A DNA stretch of 32,000 nucleotides, from positions 122,140 through 154,139 of the forward strand of contig CAVWGC010000005.1 of assembly GCA_963754515.1 (NCBI GenBank). Direction: 5' to 3'. Position numbers and translations under genes: made by a program. This DNA is from an uncultured delta proteobacterium (GTDB taxonomy: Bacteria; Desulfobacterota; Syntrophia; Syntrophales; Fen-1087). Positions within the stretch are counted from its first letter, which is position 1; every line of letters begins with the position of its first letter. Under the pieces are notes generated by a model. The model saw only the letters and a list, made by a program, of their open reading frames with translations, had not been told where the DNA came from and searched no databases. Of this stretch, positions 8,231 to 16,650 are shown piece after piece.

Positions 8231-8527
8231 TTAATTAACTTTTCTCCAACATGACAGATCCACTTGATAATACTTCCCATTAACCTCTGCTACGTCTCCT
8301 ACGCTCATTGAGGTATTACGTAATCCCAATCTTTTTATGACATCCGTCATTTCCCTTTCTACCTTGGGATGCCAAACCTCTGCCTGCTGATTCTTAAATA
8401 CTTCTTCTAAACAATCAGCTTGAATCTGACAGACTGGGAGACACGTACTGGAAATATCCTCAACTTTTAAACTCTCATCGAACCAATAGGTTGGCTCTTT
8501 TCTGTACCAAACATTATAAGTTTTCAT
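8231..8527 (-). CDS. Hypothetical small protein (98 aa)
   Basis: Clean ORF MKTYNVWYRKEPTYWFDESLKVEDISS...LRNTSMSVGDVAEVNGKYYQVDLSCWRKVN with GGGGAAG upstream. It lies in the AT-rich islet. No family was recognised. Confidence 0.5.
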   Translation of the reverse strand: MKTYNVWYRKEPTYWFDESLKVEDISSTCLPVCQIQADCLEEVFKNQQAEVWHPKVEREMTDVIKRLGLRNTSMSVGDVAEVNGKYYQVDLSCWRKVN

Positions 8528-8562
8528 GTTCTTCCCCGTTTCCTCTTATTTATTTCTCGTCC

Positions 8563-8600
8563 AAAAAACAAAAAACCCCATCTAATCGTAATAGACAGGG
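8563..8600 (-). terminator. Intrinsic terminator about 35 nt upstream of the 98-aa ORF
   Basis: The minus-strand RNA reads cccugucua-uuacgau-uagaugggg, a 9-bp stem with two G-U pairs, followed by UUUUUUGUUUUUU. Confidence 0.65.
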
Positions 8601-8705
8601 TTTCAGTTTTTATTTAGCCCCTTTGTGGGGTAGAGGTGTCAGAGAGATTAACCCCCTCGGCCTCGCTATGCGACTTACCTTAGACAATCCTCTCTTAATT
8701 ACATA
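8601..8705 (-). ncRNA. Candidate structured leader or small RNA ending at the 8563-8600 terminator
   Basis: On the minus strand, AGAGAG pairs with CUCUCU to enclose about 40 nt, with the hairpins ucgc-aua-gcga and cccc-acaaa-gggg inside. GGGGG/CCCC/GGGG runs could form alternative pairings. No known riboswitch consensus was recognised. Confidence 0.3.
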
Positions 8706-8920
8706 AAGTCAAGATAATACTTTGAATATTCGACCATAGTTTATGCAATGCAACATACATCAAGAAACTCAGAAGTTATTACAGTTGGTTACATTTTAAT
8801 CATGGATTCGATGGGATGGTAGTCGGACTGACTTGTAGATATTACAATAAGCAATCATGGATGAGGGGAAGTTCATCAATGATCACGAAAAACGTTCTCC
8901 GAGGGTATCAACAAGGTAGC

Positions 8921-8962
8921 AATAAAAGGAAAAGGGGTTAAGCTGTTATTGCCTAACCCCTT
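8921..8962 (-). terminator. Terminator downstream of the tRNA cluster (hairpin usable on both strands)
   Basis: aaggggtta-13 nt-taacccctt forms a 9-bp stem. It is followed on the minus strand by UUCCUUUUAUU and on the plus strand by GTTTTG. Confidence 0.5.
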
Positions 8963-8970
8963 GTTTTGAT

Positions 8971-9046
8971 TGGTGAGCCCTGTCGGGATCGAACCGACAA
9001 CCTACTGATTAAGAGTCAGTTGCTCTACCGGCTGAGCTAAGGGCCC
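8971..9046 (-). tRNA. tRNA-Lys (anticodon CTT)
   Basis: The reverse complement is gggcccttagctcagccggtagagcaactgactCTTaatcagtaggttgtcggttcgatcccgacagggctcacca. It has the acceptor, D, anticodon (loop cuCUUaa) and T arms, with GGTTCGATCC and an encoded CCA. Confidence 0.93.
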
Positions 9047-9083
9047 TTTATAACTTATATTATGGTCTTTTGTCCATTTTGTC

Positions 9084-9160
9084 TGGCGCGCCCGGTACGA
9101 CTCGAACGTACGACCAACAGATTCGAAGTCTGCGACTCTATCCAACTGAGCTACGGGCGC
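9084..9160 (-). tRNA. tRNA-Arg (anticodon TCG)
   Basis: The reverse complement is gcgcccgtagctcagttggatagagtcgcagactTCGaatctgttggtcgtacgttcgagtcgtaccgggcgcgcca. The acceptor stem is gcgcccg/cgggcgc and the anticodon loop is cuUCGaa. Confidence 0.9.
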
Positions 9161-9193
9161 ATTATGGCTTCTCACGCCTTGGATAACTAAAAA

Positions 9194-9271
9194 TGGGGTG
9201 AGTGAAGGGATTTGAACCCTCGACCTCCGGGGCCACAACCCGGCACTCTAACCAACTGAGCTACACCCACC
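9194..9271 (-). tRNA. tRNA-His (anticodon GTG)
   Basis: The reverse complement is g-gtgggtgtagctcagttggttagagtgccgggttGTGgccccggaggtcgagggttcaaatcccttcactcacccca. It has the extra 5' G(-1) typical of tRNA-His and the anticodon loop uuGUGgc. Confidence 0.93.
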
Positions 9272-9279
9272 ATCATATC

Positions 9280-9356
<77 letters not shown>

Positions 9357-9394
9357 ATAATCGGCGATCGCCCCGTCTTTTAAAAAGAAAGAGG

Positions 9395-9423
9395 CTAATA
9401 TCCCCTTTGATTTCTTTTGTCAA
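9395..9423 (-). promoter_or_regulatory. Sigma70-like promoter for the tRNA cluster
   Basis: On the minus strand: TTGACA (9423-9418), a 17-nt spacer, then TATTAG (9400-9395). This lies about 35 nt upstream of the first tRNA. Confidence 0.4.
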
Positions 9424-9460
9424 GACCAATCTTACGGCGAAAGCAGGTCTTTGAACCACC

Positions 9461-11203
9461 TCAAGGCCTTGCATAACCGGCAATGCCGTCATACTGATAA
9501 CCCTTTTTTTGTATTCCTTCCCCTTTCGGATCGACGGTATAAAAATAATGTTTGCTGGACGGATTATACCATCGGTAAAGTTCCCGCGTATGCGTCAGAC
9601 GGGATGTGGCAATATTCCCGATAGACCCTTCCAGGATGTATCCCTGAATGGGCCTTTTTGTATTTTTCAGATCATATCCGTAGAAATGGTCGCCTTTCTG
9701 CGGATGAAACCACCGGTAAAATTCCGTTGTCCCGGGCATATCAGGACTGAAAAGCCGGAAGGCAATTCCCTGATTGGTATAGCCGCGGGCCTGCAGGGTG
9801 GGAGACTCAACCTGCGGATTGGTGGTCAGGAAATAGTCCTGGCCCCGAACGTATCGGTAAACATTCATGATTCTGGAAATATTATCCGCCATCACATCCA
9901 CGGAGAGCTCAATCTCTTTTTGGCCTCCGTTGGAATCAAATAGAATGTAGCCACTATAATGGCCTGGCGACAACAACAGGGTATTTACCGTAATGTTGAC
10001 GTAATTCGTCTGGCGGGTCACCGCGCCATTGTCCGGAGAGATGGCGATAGACCCCGGATTTAATGGCATGGTTTTGCCACCGTAAATCCTGACTCCTTCA
10101 ATGGCAACGGGCCCATTCCTGTTAACGAGTGTCAAGACGTGCGAACCGCGAGATAATCCTTCGGCCACCTGCCATTTAAACCGCTCTTTTTGCTCCGACA
10201 CCCCTTCCTGCTGAAACAAAAAACGATCATTCACAAAAGCCGTCAATTGACCCGTTGCCGGTCCCGTCCAAAAATAGACGGCAATCCCCGTTCCTGTAAA
10301 ATGATACCTCAGCGTATGGCCATCCGCTGAGGCATAGGGATAACCTTGATTCTCCGCCCATTTATCCGGCAATTCGAGCCCCTCCTTGAGATGGCGCGCC
10401 ACCCTGTAGTGGCCGCTGCCCGTAATCTCGTGATTCAGGAAGGAAACATATTTCCCTGTGTCTGACGCCCTGTCCGCATCCGAAGCGATCGCTCTCGCGA
10501 CAGAAGCGCGCCATTTAAGCGTTTCCCAACCCTCATTGGCCACCTTGACACGTCTGCTGACCTTCTCACCCCGTGTGGCCGTGCCGAAATCGATCTGCAT
10601 GGGATCAATGCCCAGTATCGGTTGTGCCGCCGTATCCAGCAATTTGAAGAGAATATCAAAAGCCCTCGGGCCGCCGTCGGTCTCTATGCGGACACGGACA
10701 TGATGATGGCCCGGCTCGATCTTCCTGGTGAATGCCAAAGCCTGTCCACCCGCTTCAAAAAGCAACTGGGCAGGGCGTGCGGATTTTTCATTTACCCAGC
10801 TATGAACCGGCTCATCTTTCAGGATTTTCAGTTGAATCTGCAACAGATCGACGTCTTTGTCCAAAACACCTGTCATCATTTTTTCATCCGTGACGTTCCA
10901 GTCCGCAGGCGCCGCTAGAGACCAGGTCACGCGTCCGGATGTCGTCTTTTTGAGCGATATAGCACCTTTACGCGTCCCCCCGGGGCCTATCTGGCCAAGA
11001 TCGATTTCAGCCGTCATGATGGTCAGCCCGGGCTGACGCGGCAATTCCCCTGCCGATACCGTAGCGGTAAACTGGATAAGATCAGCCCCTGTGCGGCTTG
11101 CGTCTTCCGGCTGGAGGCTCAAAAAAGGCAAACAAACTAAAATCATCAATGAAGTTACAAAGATGATTGTAGTGAAAATCATCCCATGTGAGCGTCTATT
11201 CAT
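9461..11203 (-). CDS. Secreted or envelope protein with beta-sandwich-like repeats, a CBM-like module and three C-terminal DUF5648-like (YRW-x-NP-x-HFYT) repeats
   Basis: 580-aa ORF. The N-terminus has a basic stretch followed by a hydrophobic segment (MNRRSHGMIFTTIIFVTSLMILVCLPFL). The C-terminus repeats the pattern VYRYVRGQDYFLTT.../FYRWFHPQKGDHFYGYD.../LYRWYNPSSKHYFYTVD...GYQYDGIAGYA. The family assignment is from memory. Confidence 0.8.
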   Translation of the reverse strand: MNRRSHGMIFTTIIFVTSLMILVCLPFLSLQPEDASRTGADLIQFTATVSAGELPRQPGLTIMTAEIDLGQIGPGGTRKGAISLKKTTSGRVTWSLAAPADWNVTDEKMMTGVLDKDVDLLQIQLKILKDEPVHSWVNEKSARPAQLLFEAGGQALAFTRKIEPGHHHVRVRIETDGGPRAFDILFKLLDTAAQPILGIDPMQIDFGTATRGEKVSRRVKVANEGWETLKWRASVARAIASDADRASDTGKYVSFLNHEITGSGHYRVARHLKEGLELPDKWAENQGYPYASADGHTLRYHFTGTGIAVYFWTGPATGQLTAFVNDRFLFQQEGVSEQKERFKWQVAEGLSRGSHVLTLVNRNGPVAIEGVRIYGGKTMPLNPGSIAISPDNGAVTRQTNYVNITVNTLLLSPGHYSGYILFDSNGGQKEIELSVDVMADNISRIMNVYRYVRGQDYFLTTNPQVESPTLQARGYTNQGIAFRLFSPDMPGTTEFYRWFHPQKGDHFYGYDLKNTKRPIQGYILEGSIGNIATSRLTHTRELYRWYNPSSKHYFYTVDPKGEGIQKKGYQYDGIAGYARP

Positions 11204-11456
11204 GACCAGTGCCCCTCAATGTGTGACGCCTTCGTAAAAAAGTCAGAATGCTCAAGTTGCGCTGCATCCTTCGTTATTGCTGCGAACGTGCAAGTACGCA
11301 TCATTTCTCATGAAAAGTCTTGCGCGCCTTGCCTGCGGAGCTTTTTACGGAACCGTCGTTTTCGGCTCATTTTTCGACTTTTTTAACAAGTTTGTCATGT
11401 GTTGCGCTTTTCTAATCCATACGGCCAAAGAACGCAACTATTTTAAAATTAAAAAC

Positions 11457-11484
11457 TTGACACTAAAAAATGATCCGGTATAAC
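11457..11484 (+). promoter_or_regulatory. Sigma70-like promoter upstream of dprA-topA-trmFO
   Basis: TTGACA (11457-11462), a 16-nt spacer, then TATAAC (11479-11484). This lies about 30 nt upstream of the dprA ATG. Confidence 0.5.
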
Positions 11485-11515
11485 TTGCCGCCTCTTTTAT
11501 GGAAAATAAACAAAG

Positions 11516-12662
11516 ATGACGAATCGCGACCTGAAAGACTGGATTGCCCTGAAATGGGTAGAGGGCGTGGGCAATGTGGGCTTCAAGGCCTTGCTGGAGG
11601 CATTCGGGTCGCCGCGGCAGGTCTTCGACGCCCCCTTTTCGATGATCAAGGCCGTGCCCGGCATCGGAGCAAAGGCGGCGCACCAGATCAAGGATTTTGC
11701 AGACTGGGAAAAGGTTGAAAAAGAGATTGAATGCGCACAGCGGGCCGGTATCGGCATCATCACCTCTCAAGACCCCCTTTATCCCCAACGCCTCGCGTGC
11801 ATCTATGACAACCCGGCCTATCTATACGTCAAGGGAAGCCTGAGGGACGATGATATCAACATCGCCTTTGTCGGCTCCCGAACCGCCAGCGCGCATGGCC
11901 TGTTCACCACGGAGAGACTCTGCCGTGAACTGGCTCTGCGCGGGGCAACGATCGTCAGCGGCATGGCCCGCGGGATCGATTCGGCCGCGCACCGGGGCGC
12001 CCTGGCCGGCAGGGGAAGAACCATCGCCGTGCTTGGATGCGGCGTGGATATTGTATATCCTCCTGAAAACGAGAAGCTTTGCAACGATATCACCGTAAAC
12101 GGGGCTGTCATTTCGGAATTCCCGTTCGGCGCCCCGCCCAACGCCCCGAACTTTCCGGCCCGGAACCGGATCATCAGCGGTCTTTCTTTAGGCGTGGTGG
12201 TGGTCGAGGCCGGCGAAAAGAGCGGTTCCCTGATTACGGCCCGAATCGCGCTCGAGCAGGGGCGGGAGGTCTTCGCCGTCCCGGGAAGCATCGATGTCTC
12301 GGGTTCCCGCGGAACGAACAGGCTCATCAAGCAGGGCGCGAAACTTATCGAAAATATCGATGATATCCTGGAGGAAATTCTGCCGCAAGCCGGCAGGATG
12401 CCGGCATCCGTCAAAACGCATACGCCCCGGAACGGCGAGGACGTCTCACCCGGTAAAACGCGAGACTGTCCCGGACAGGACATACACCGAGAACGAAAAA
12501 GCGGTATGGCGGGTCATTTCGCAAAAACCTCTCCATATCGACCAGATCATCACGTCCACCGGACGGACGGCAGCCGAAGTCCTCAGCAGCCTTCTGAGCC
12601 TTGAGCTCAAGGACGCCATCGAGCAAAAGCCGGGCAAAATATATGTACGCAAGGAGCCTTAA
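11516..12662 (+). CDS. dprA: DNA-processing protein DprA/Smf, with an apparent +1 frameshift between about 12400 and 12485
   Basis: The frame of 11516 gives the Rossmann-like DprA core (FVGSRTASAHG...SGMARGIDSAAHRGAL...NFPARNRIISGLSLGVVVVEAGEKSGSLITA...GREVFAVPGS), then degenerates. The conserved C-terminal winged-helix part (TENEKAVWRVISQKPLHIDQIITSTGRTAAEVLSSLLSLELKDAIEQKPGKIYVRK) is in the frame of track ORF 12294..12662. Confidence 0.85.
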
Positions 12663-12667
12663 CCCGT

Positions 12668-15004
12668 ATGCCGCAATCTTTGATCATTGTTGAATCACCC
12701 ACGAAAGTCAAAACCATCAAGAAATACCTCGGAGATGATTTCGATGTGCGGGCTTCGATGGGCCATGTCATGGATCTCCCGAAGAGCAAGCTTGGCATTG
12801 ATATTCAAAACGATTTTGAACCCACCTATGAGGTGATCGAAACAAAAAAGAAGGTCATTGCCGAGCTCAAAAAAGCAGCAAAAAACGCTCAGAACATCTA
12901 TCTGGCGCCCGACCCGGACCGCGAAGGCGAGGCCATTGCCTGGCACATCGCACATGAAATTGCCGCGAAAGGCAAGCTCATTCGCCGCATCCTGTTCAAC
13001 GACCTGACCCAAAACACGATCATCGAGGCCATCCGAAAGCCCCTGGACCTGGACTTCAACAAGTACGAGGCCCAGCAGACCCGCCGGATTCTAGATCGGC
13101 TGGTCGGGTATCAGATCAGCCCCCTGCTCTGGGAAAAGGTCAAGCGCGGCCTGAGCGCGGGACGGGTTCAGTCGGTCGCACTCCGGATCATCTGCGACCG
13201 GGAAGCGGAGATCAGCAAATTTGTTCCGGAAGAATACTGGAACATCACGGCGTCTCTGGAAGGCTCAAACCCGCCACCGTTCGAGGCTCGCCTGGCCAAA
13301 CTCGACGGGAGAAGGGCCAAAGTCGTCAACGGGAGCCAGTCGGCCGAGATCGTAGAGCAACTCAAAACTGCGCCCTTTGTCGTCAGCAAGGTCGAAAAGA
13401 AGGAGATGAAGCGCTCGGCGGCGCCTCCTTTCACGACCAGCAAGCTGCAGCAGGAAGCCTCCCGGAAGCTTGGTTTTTCGGCAAAAAAAACGATGAGTGT
13501 AGCGCAGAAACTCTACGAAGGAATCGAGCTCGGAAAAGAAGGCTCCGTGGGGCTCATCACCTATATGCGTACCGATTCCGTCCGGATTGCCGAAGAGGCC
13601 CTGAAAGAGGCCCGGACGTATATCCATCAGAACTACGCTCCGGACTATCTGCCTGCGAAACCACGCGTCTTCAAAAATGCCGGAACAGCCCAGGACGCCC
13701 ACGAGGCGATCCGCCCGTCCGCGATGGCATACAAGCCCCAGGACATCAAGTTGCATCTGAACAACGACCAGTTCCGGCTCTATCAGCTCATCTGGAACCG
13801 TTTTGTGGCCAGCCAGATGAATCCGGCTGTATTCGATCAGACAACCATCGATATTGCCGCCGGTGTCTGCACCTTCCGTGCCCAGGGTTCGGTCATGACA
13901 TTTGCGGGCTTCACGATTGTCTACACGGAAGGCAGGGAAGACAACGGAAACGGCGACGAAGGTGAATTCGGCCGGATTCTTCCCGCCCTGCGAGAAAACG
14001 AGATTCTGAAACTGCTCGCGCTCAAGCCGGAACAGAAATTCACCCAGCCTCCACCCCGGTTTACCGAGGCGACGCTCGTGCGCGAACTCGAGGAGAACGG
14101 AATCGGACGGCCGAGTACCTACGCCGCGATTCTCAGCACGATCCTAGACAGAGAGTATGTCAGCCTCGAAAAGCAGCGGCTCCACCCCACCGACCTCGGC
14201 AGCGTTGTGACGGATCTGCTCGTCAAGAATTTTCCGCGCGAGCTGGACGTGGCCTTCACAGCCTCGCTCGAGGGCATGCTGGACAAGATTGAAGAGGGCA
14301 AACTGAAGCGTCTCGATACGCTCAACGAATTTTACATCCCCTTCGCAGCCGAGCTCGAGAAGGCCAAAACAGGAATGCGCAATGTCAAACGGCAGGAGAC
14401 GCCCACCGACATGACCTGTGAAAAATGCACCAGCCCCATGGTCATCAAATGGGGACGCAACGGAGAATTTTTGGCCTGTTCAAACTACCCGGCCTGCAAG
14501 AACACGCAGAACTTTACGCGCGATAATGAGGGAAAAGTCCTGCCGCCCGAACCGCAGAAGATGGAAACGGACATGGCCTGCGAAAAATGCGGCCGCCCCA
14601 TGGCGGTCAAACAGGGCCGGTTCGGCCCGTTCCTCGGTTGCTCCGGCTATCCCGAATGTAAAAGCATCGTCAACATTAAAAAAGATGAGAACGGCGCCAT
14701 GACGCCCGTCAAGGAGGAGCCGAGCGATACAAACTGCGAGAAGTGCGGCTTGCCCATGCTCGTTAAACGCGGGAAATTCGGCCCGTTCTTGGGCTGCTCC
14801 GGCTACCCCGAATGCAAGAACATTGTCAGGACGAAAAAGGGCGCGGACCCAACCGCAAAATCCCCTGCCCCGGAAATGACGGACACCCCCTGCGAAAAAT
14901 GCGGCCGGCCCCTGGCGATCAAACGCGGCAGATTCGGCCGCTTCCTCGGCTGTTCCGGCTACCCCGAATGCAAGAATATCGTGAAGATCAAACCCGGGGC
15001 ATGA
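12668..15004 (+). CDS. topA: DNA topoisomerase I with four C-terminal C4 zinc ribbons
   Basis: 778-aa ORF with AAGGAG upstream. It has a TOPRIM N-terminus ([18 protein letters not shown]), the active-site region (LITYMRTDS) and four repeats of CEKCGxP...[16 protein letters not shown]. Confidence 0.95.
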   Translation: MPQSLIIVESPTKVKTIKKYLGDDFDVRASMGHVMDLPKSKLGIDIQNDFEPTYEVIETKKKVIAELKKAAKNAQNIYLAPDPDREGEAIAWHIAHEIAAKGKLIRRILFNDLTQNTIIEAIRKPLDLDFNKYEAQQTRRILDRLVGYQISPLLWEKVKRGLSAGRVQSVALRIICDREAEISKFVPEEYWNITASLEGSNPPPFEARLAKLDGRRAKVVNGSQSAEIVEQLKTAPFVVSKVEKKEMKRSAAPPFTTSKLQQEASRKLGFSAKKTMSVAQKLYEGIELGKEGSVGLITYMRTDSVRIAEEALKEARTYIHQNYAPDYLPAKPRVFKNAGTAQDAHEAIRPSAMAYKPQDIKLHLNNDQFRLYQLIWNRFVASQMNPAVFDQTTIDIAAGVCTFRAQGSVMTFAGFTIVYTEGREDNGNGDEGEFGRILPALRENEILKLLALKPEQKFTQPPPRFTEATLVRELEENGIGRPSTYAAILSTILDREYVSLEKQRLHPTDLGSVVTDLLVKNFPRELDVAFTASLEGMLDKIEEGKLKRLDTLNEFYIPFAAELEKAKTGMRNVKRQETPTDMTCEKCTSPMVIKWGRNGEFLACSNYPACKNTQNFTRDNEGKVLPPEPQKMETDMACEKCGRPMAVKQGRFGPFLGCSGYPECKSIVNIKKDENGAMTPVKEEPSDTNCEKCGLPMLVKRGKFGPFLGCSGYPECKNIVRTKKGADPTAKSPAPEMTDTPCEKCGRPLAIKRGRFGRFLGCSGYPECKNIVKIKPGA

Positions 15005-16318
15005 CCCTCAACGCTTCCACGATCATTATCGGCGGCGGCCTGGCCGGCTGTGAGGCGGCCTGGCAGCTTTCCCGGCGGGGATTTAAGGCCTTGCTGTACG
15101 AGATGAAGCCGCAACGGTTTTCGTCGGCTCACCAGTCCCCGCTACTGGCCGAGCTGGTCTGCAGCAATTCACTGCGCGCCAATCCCGTTGAAAACGCCGT
15201 CGGCCTGCTCAAGGAAGAGATGCGCCGGCTGGATTCCCTGACCATGGCGGCTGCCGACGCCACGGCGGTCCCGGCGGGGCGCGCTCTGGCCGTCAATCGG
15301 ACCGATTTTTCACAATATATCGAAAACCGGCTGGCCGCCTGCCCGGAACTGCGGATCATACGGCAGGAACTCACCGAAATTCCCGCGGGCCGGCGTGTGA
15401 TCGTCGCGACGGGTCCGCTGACCTCCGATGCGCTGGCCGGCGTCCTGGCCCGTCTGACCGGCGCAGAATATCTCTATTTCTATGACGCCATTTCACCGAT
15501 TATTGATGCAGAATCCATTGACTTAGAAAAGGTTTTCCGGGCATCGCGCTATGAGAGCGACGAGGGGGATTATCTGAACTGCCCCCTCGAAAAGGAAGTC
15601 TATGAGGGCTTTTGGAAGGCCCTGACGGAAGCTCAGGACGTCCCCCCCAAATCTTTTGAGGAGGCCAAATGCTTCGAAGGCTGCCTTCCCGTGGAAGTCA
15701 TGGCCAGACGCGGGATCCGGACCCTGGCCTTCGGCCCCATGAAGCCCGTCGGCCTCATTGATCCGCGGACGGGCCGCCGGCCCTATGCGGTCGTTCAGCT
15801 TCGTCCCGAAAACCGGGCGATGACGCTGTTCAACATGGTGGGCTTTCAGACGAAGCTGACCTGGCCCGAACAGCGGCGCATCTTCCGCATGCTTCCCGGA
15901 CTGGAGCAGGCCGAGTTCGCGCGCTACGGCAGCATCCACCGCAACACTTTCATCAATGCGCCGGCGCTGCTGAAAAACACGCTGCAGCTGCGCGCGTATG
16001 AGAACATCCTGTTTGCCGGGCAGCTCACGGGCGTGGAAGGTTACGTCGAGTCCGCCGCCATGGGGCTGCTTGGCCGGCCTCAACGCCGCAGCACTGGCGG
16101 CCGGGACGGAAATCATTGCACCGCCGGAGACGACTGCCATCGGCGCCCTGCTGCACCACATCACGCACGCGAAAAGCAAAACCTTCCAGCCCATGAACGT
16201 CAACTTCGGTCTCTTTGCGCCGCTGGAGCATAGGACGGCGAAGAAAGACCGGGGACTGGCCTATGCCGGACGTGCCCTTTCGGACATGAACGCATGGAAA
16301 GCTGCCTTTCGGATCTGA
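15001..16318 (+). CDS. trmFO: Methylenetetrahydrofolate--tRNA-(uracil-5-)-methyltransferase TrmFO (Gid), with an apparent +1 frameshift near 16070
   Basis: The ATG at 15001 overlaps the topA stop (ATGA). The sequence runs [17 protein letters not shown]...LVCSNSL...[20 protein letters not shown], then the frame is lost. The conserved continuation [31 protein letters not shown]...[11 protein letters not shown] is in track ORF 15998..16318. The upstream part of track ORF 14812.. is topA read in another frame. Confidence 0.85.
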
Positions 16319-16389
16319 AATATTTTTTCCCTGGCATTTTTCGGCCGTCGGTGGTAATTTATTAAAGCTTCAATCAACCCGAGTCATTA

Positions 16390-16510
16390 TTACTCCGGCA
16401 AGTAAACATGTCATAGGTTGTCATGCCGGACTTGATCCGGCATCCAGTCCTGTCCGGGATTCCCGCTTTCGCGGGAATGACAGGATTGGCATTTATGTTT
16501 ACCGGAATAA
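16390..16510. mobile_element. MITE-like element, copy B (121 bp, TA-flanked)
   Basis: By eye it is roughly 90 percent identical to 8010..8129. The ends are TTACTCCGGCAAGTAAACAT...ATTTATGTTTACCGGAATAA. TA lies at 16388-16389 and at 16511-16512. It sits in the trmFO / acyl-CoA ligase spacer. Confidence 0.75.
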
Positions 16511-16650
16511 TAATCCGGATTCTTCCCCGTCTGTTCCCAGCCGGTATCTTATGGCCGCCAAAAGGAGGTGATGAACCAGCCAGGTGATCGGAACCATTGA
16601 CAATGGATTGGATGTTGCTGTCTTTTCTTTAAAAAAGGAGGAACACGGCC

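Noticed and set aside
8563-8705. Type III toxin-antitoxin (ToxIN-like) interpretation of the RNA-terminator-ORF module.
   Set aside because: There are no tandem direct repeats in the RNA segment. The downstream protein (98 aa) is much shorter than ToxN-like endoribonucleases. It is kept only as an unclassified leader or sRNA candidate.
9002-9238. 78-aa ORF on the minus strand.
   Set aside because: It is the translation of three tRNA genes (Lys, Arg, His) and their spacers.
11229-11350. A-run/T-run inverted repeat (cgtaaaaaag … ctttttacg) bracketing about 100 nt in the spacer upstream of the 580-aa gene. The possibility of a REP-like element or sigma54 promoter was considered.
   Set aside because: The arms are short and A/T-rich. 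There is no TGGCAC-N5-TTGC match and no second copy in the window.
11277-11483. 68-aa plus-strand ORF in the dprA upstream spacer.
   Set aside because: It covers the promoter region, has no RBS, and its peptide is hydrophobic and low-complexity.
14812-15000. N-terminal 63 codons of track ORF 14812..16233.
   Set aside because: This is the topA 3' end read in another frame. The TrmFO homology ([13 protein letters not shown]) begins right after ATG 15001, which overlaps the topA stop.
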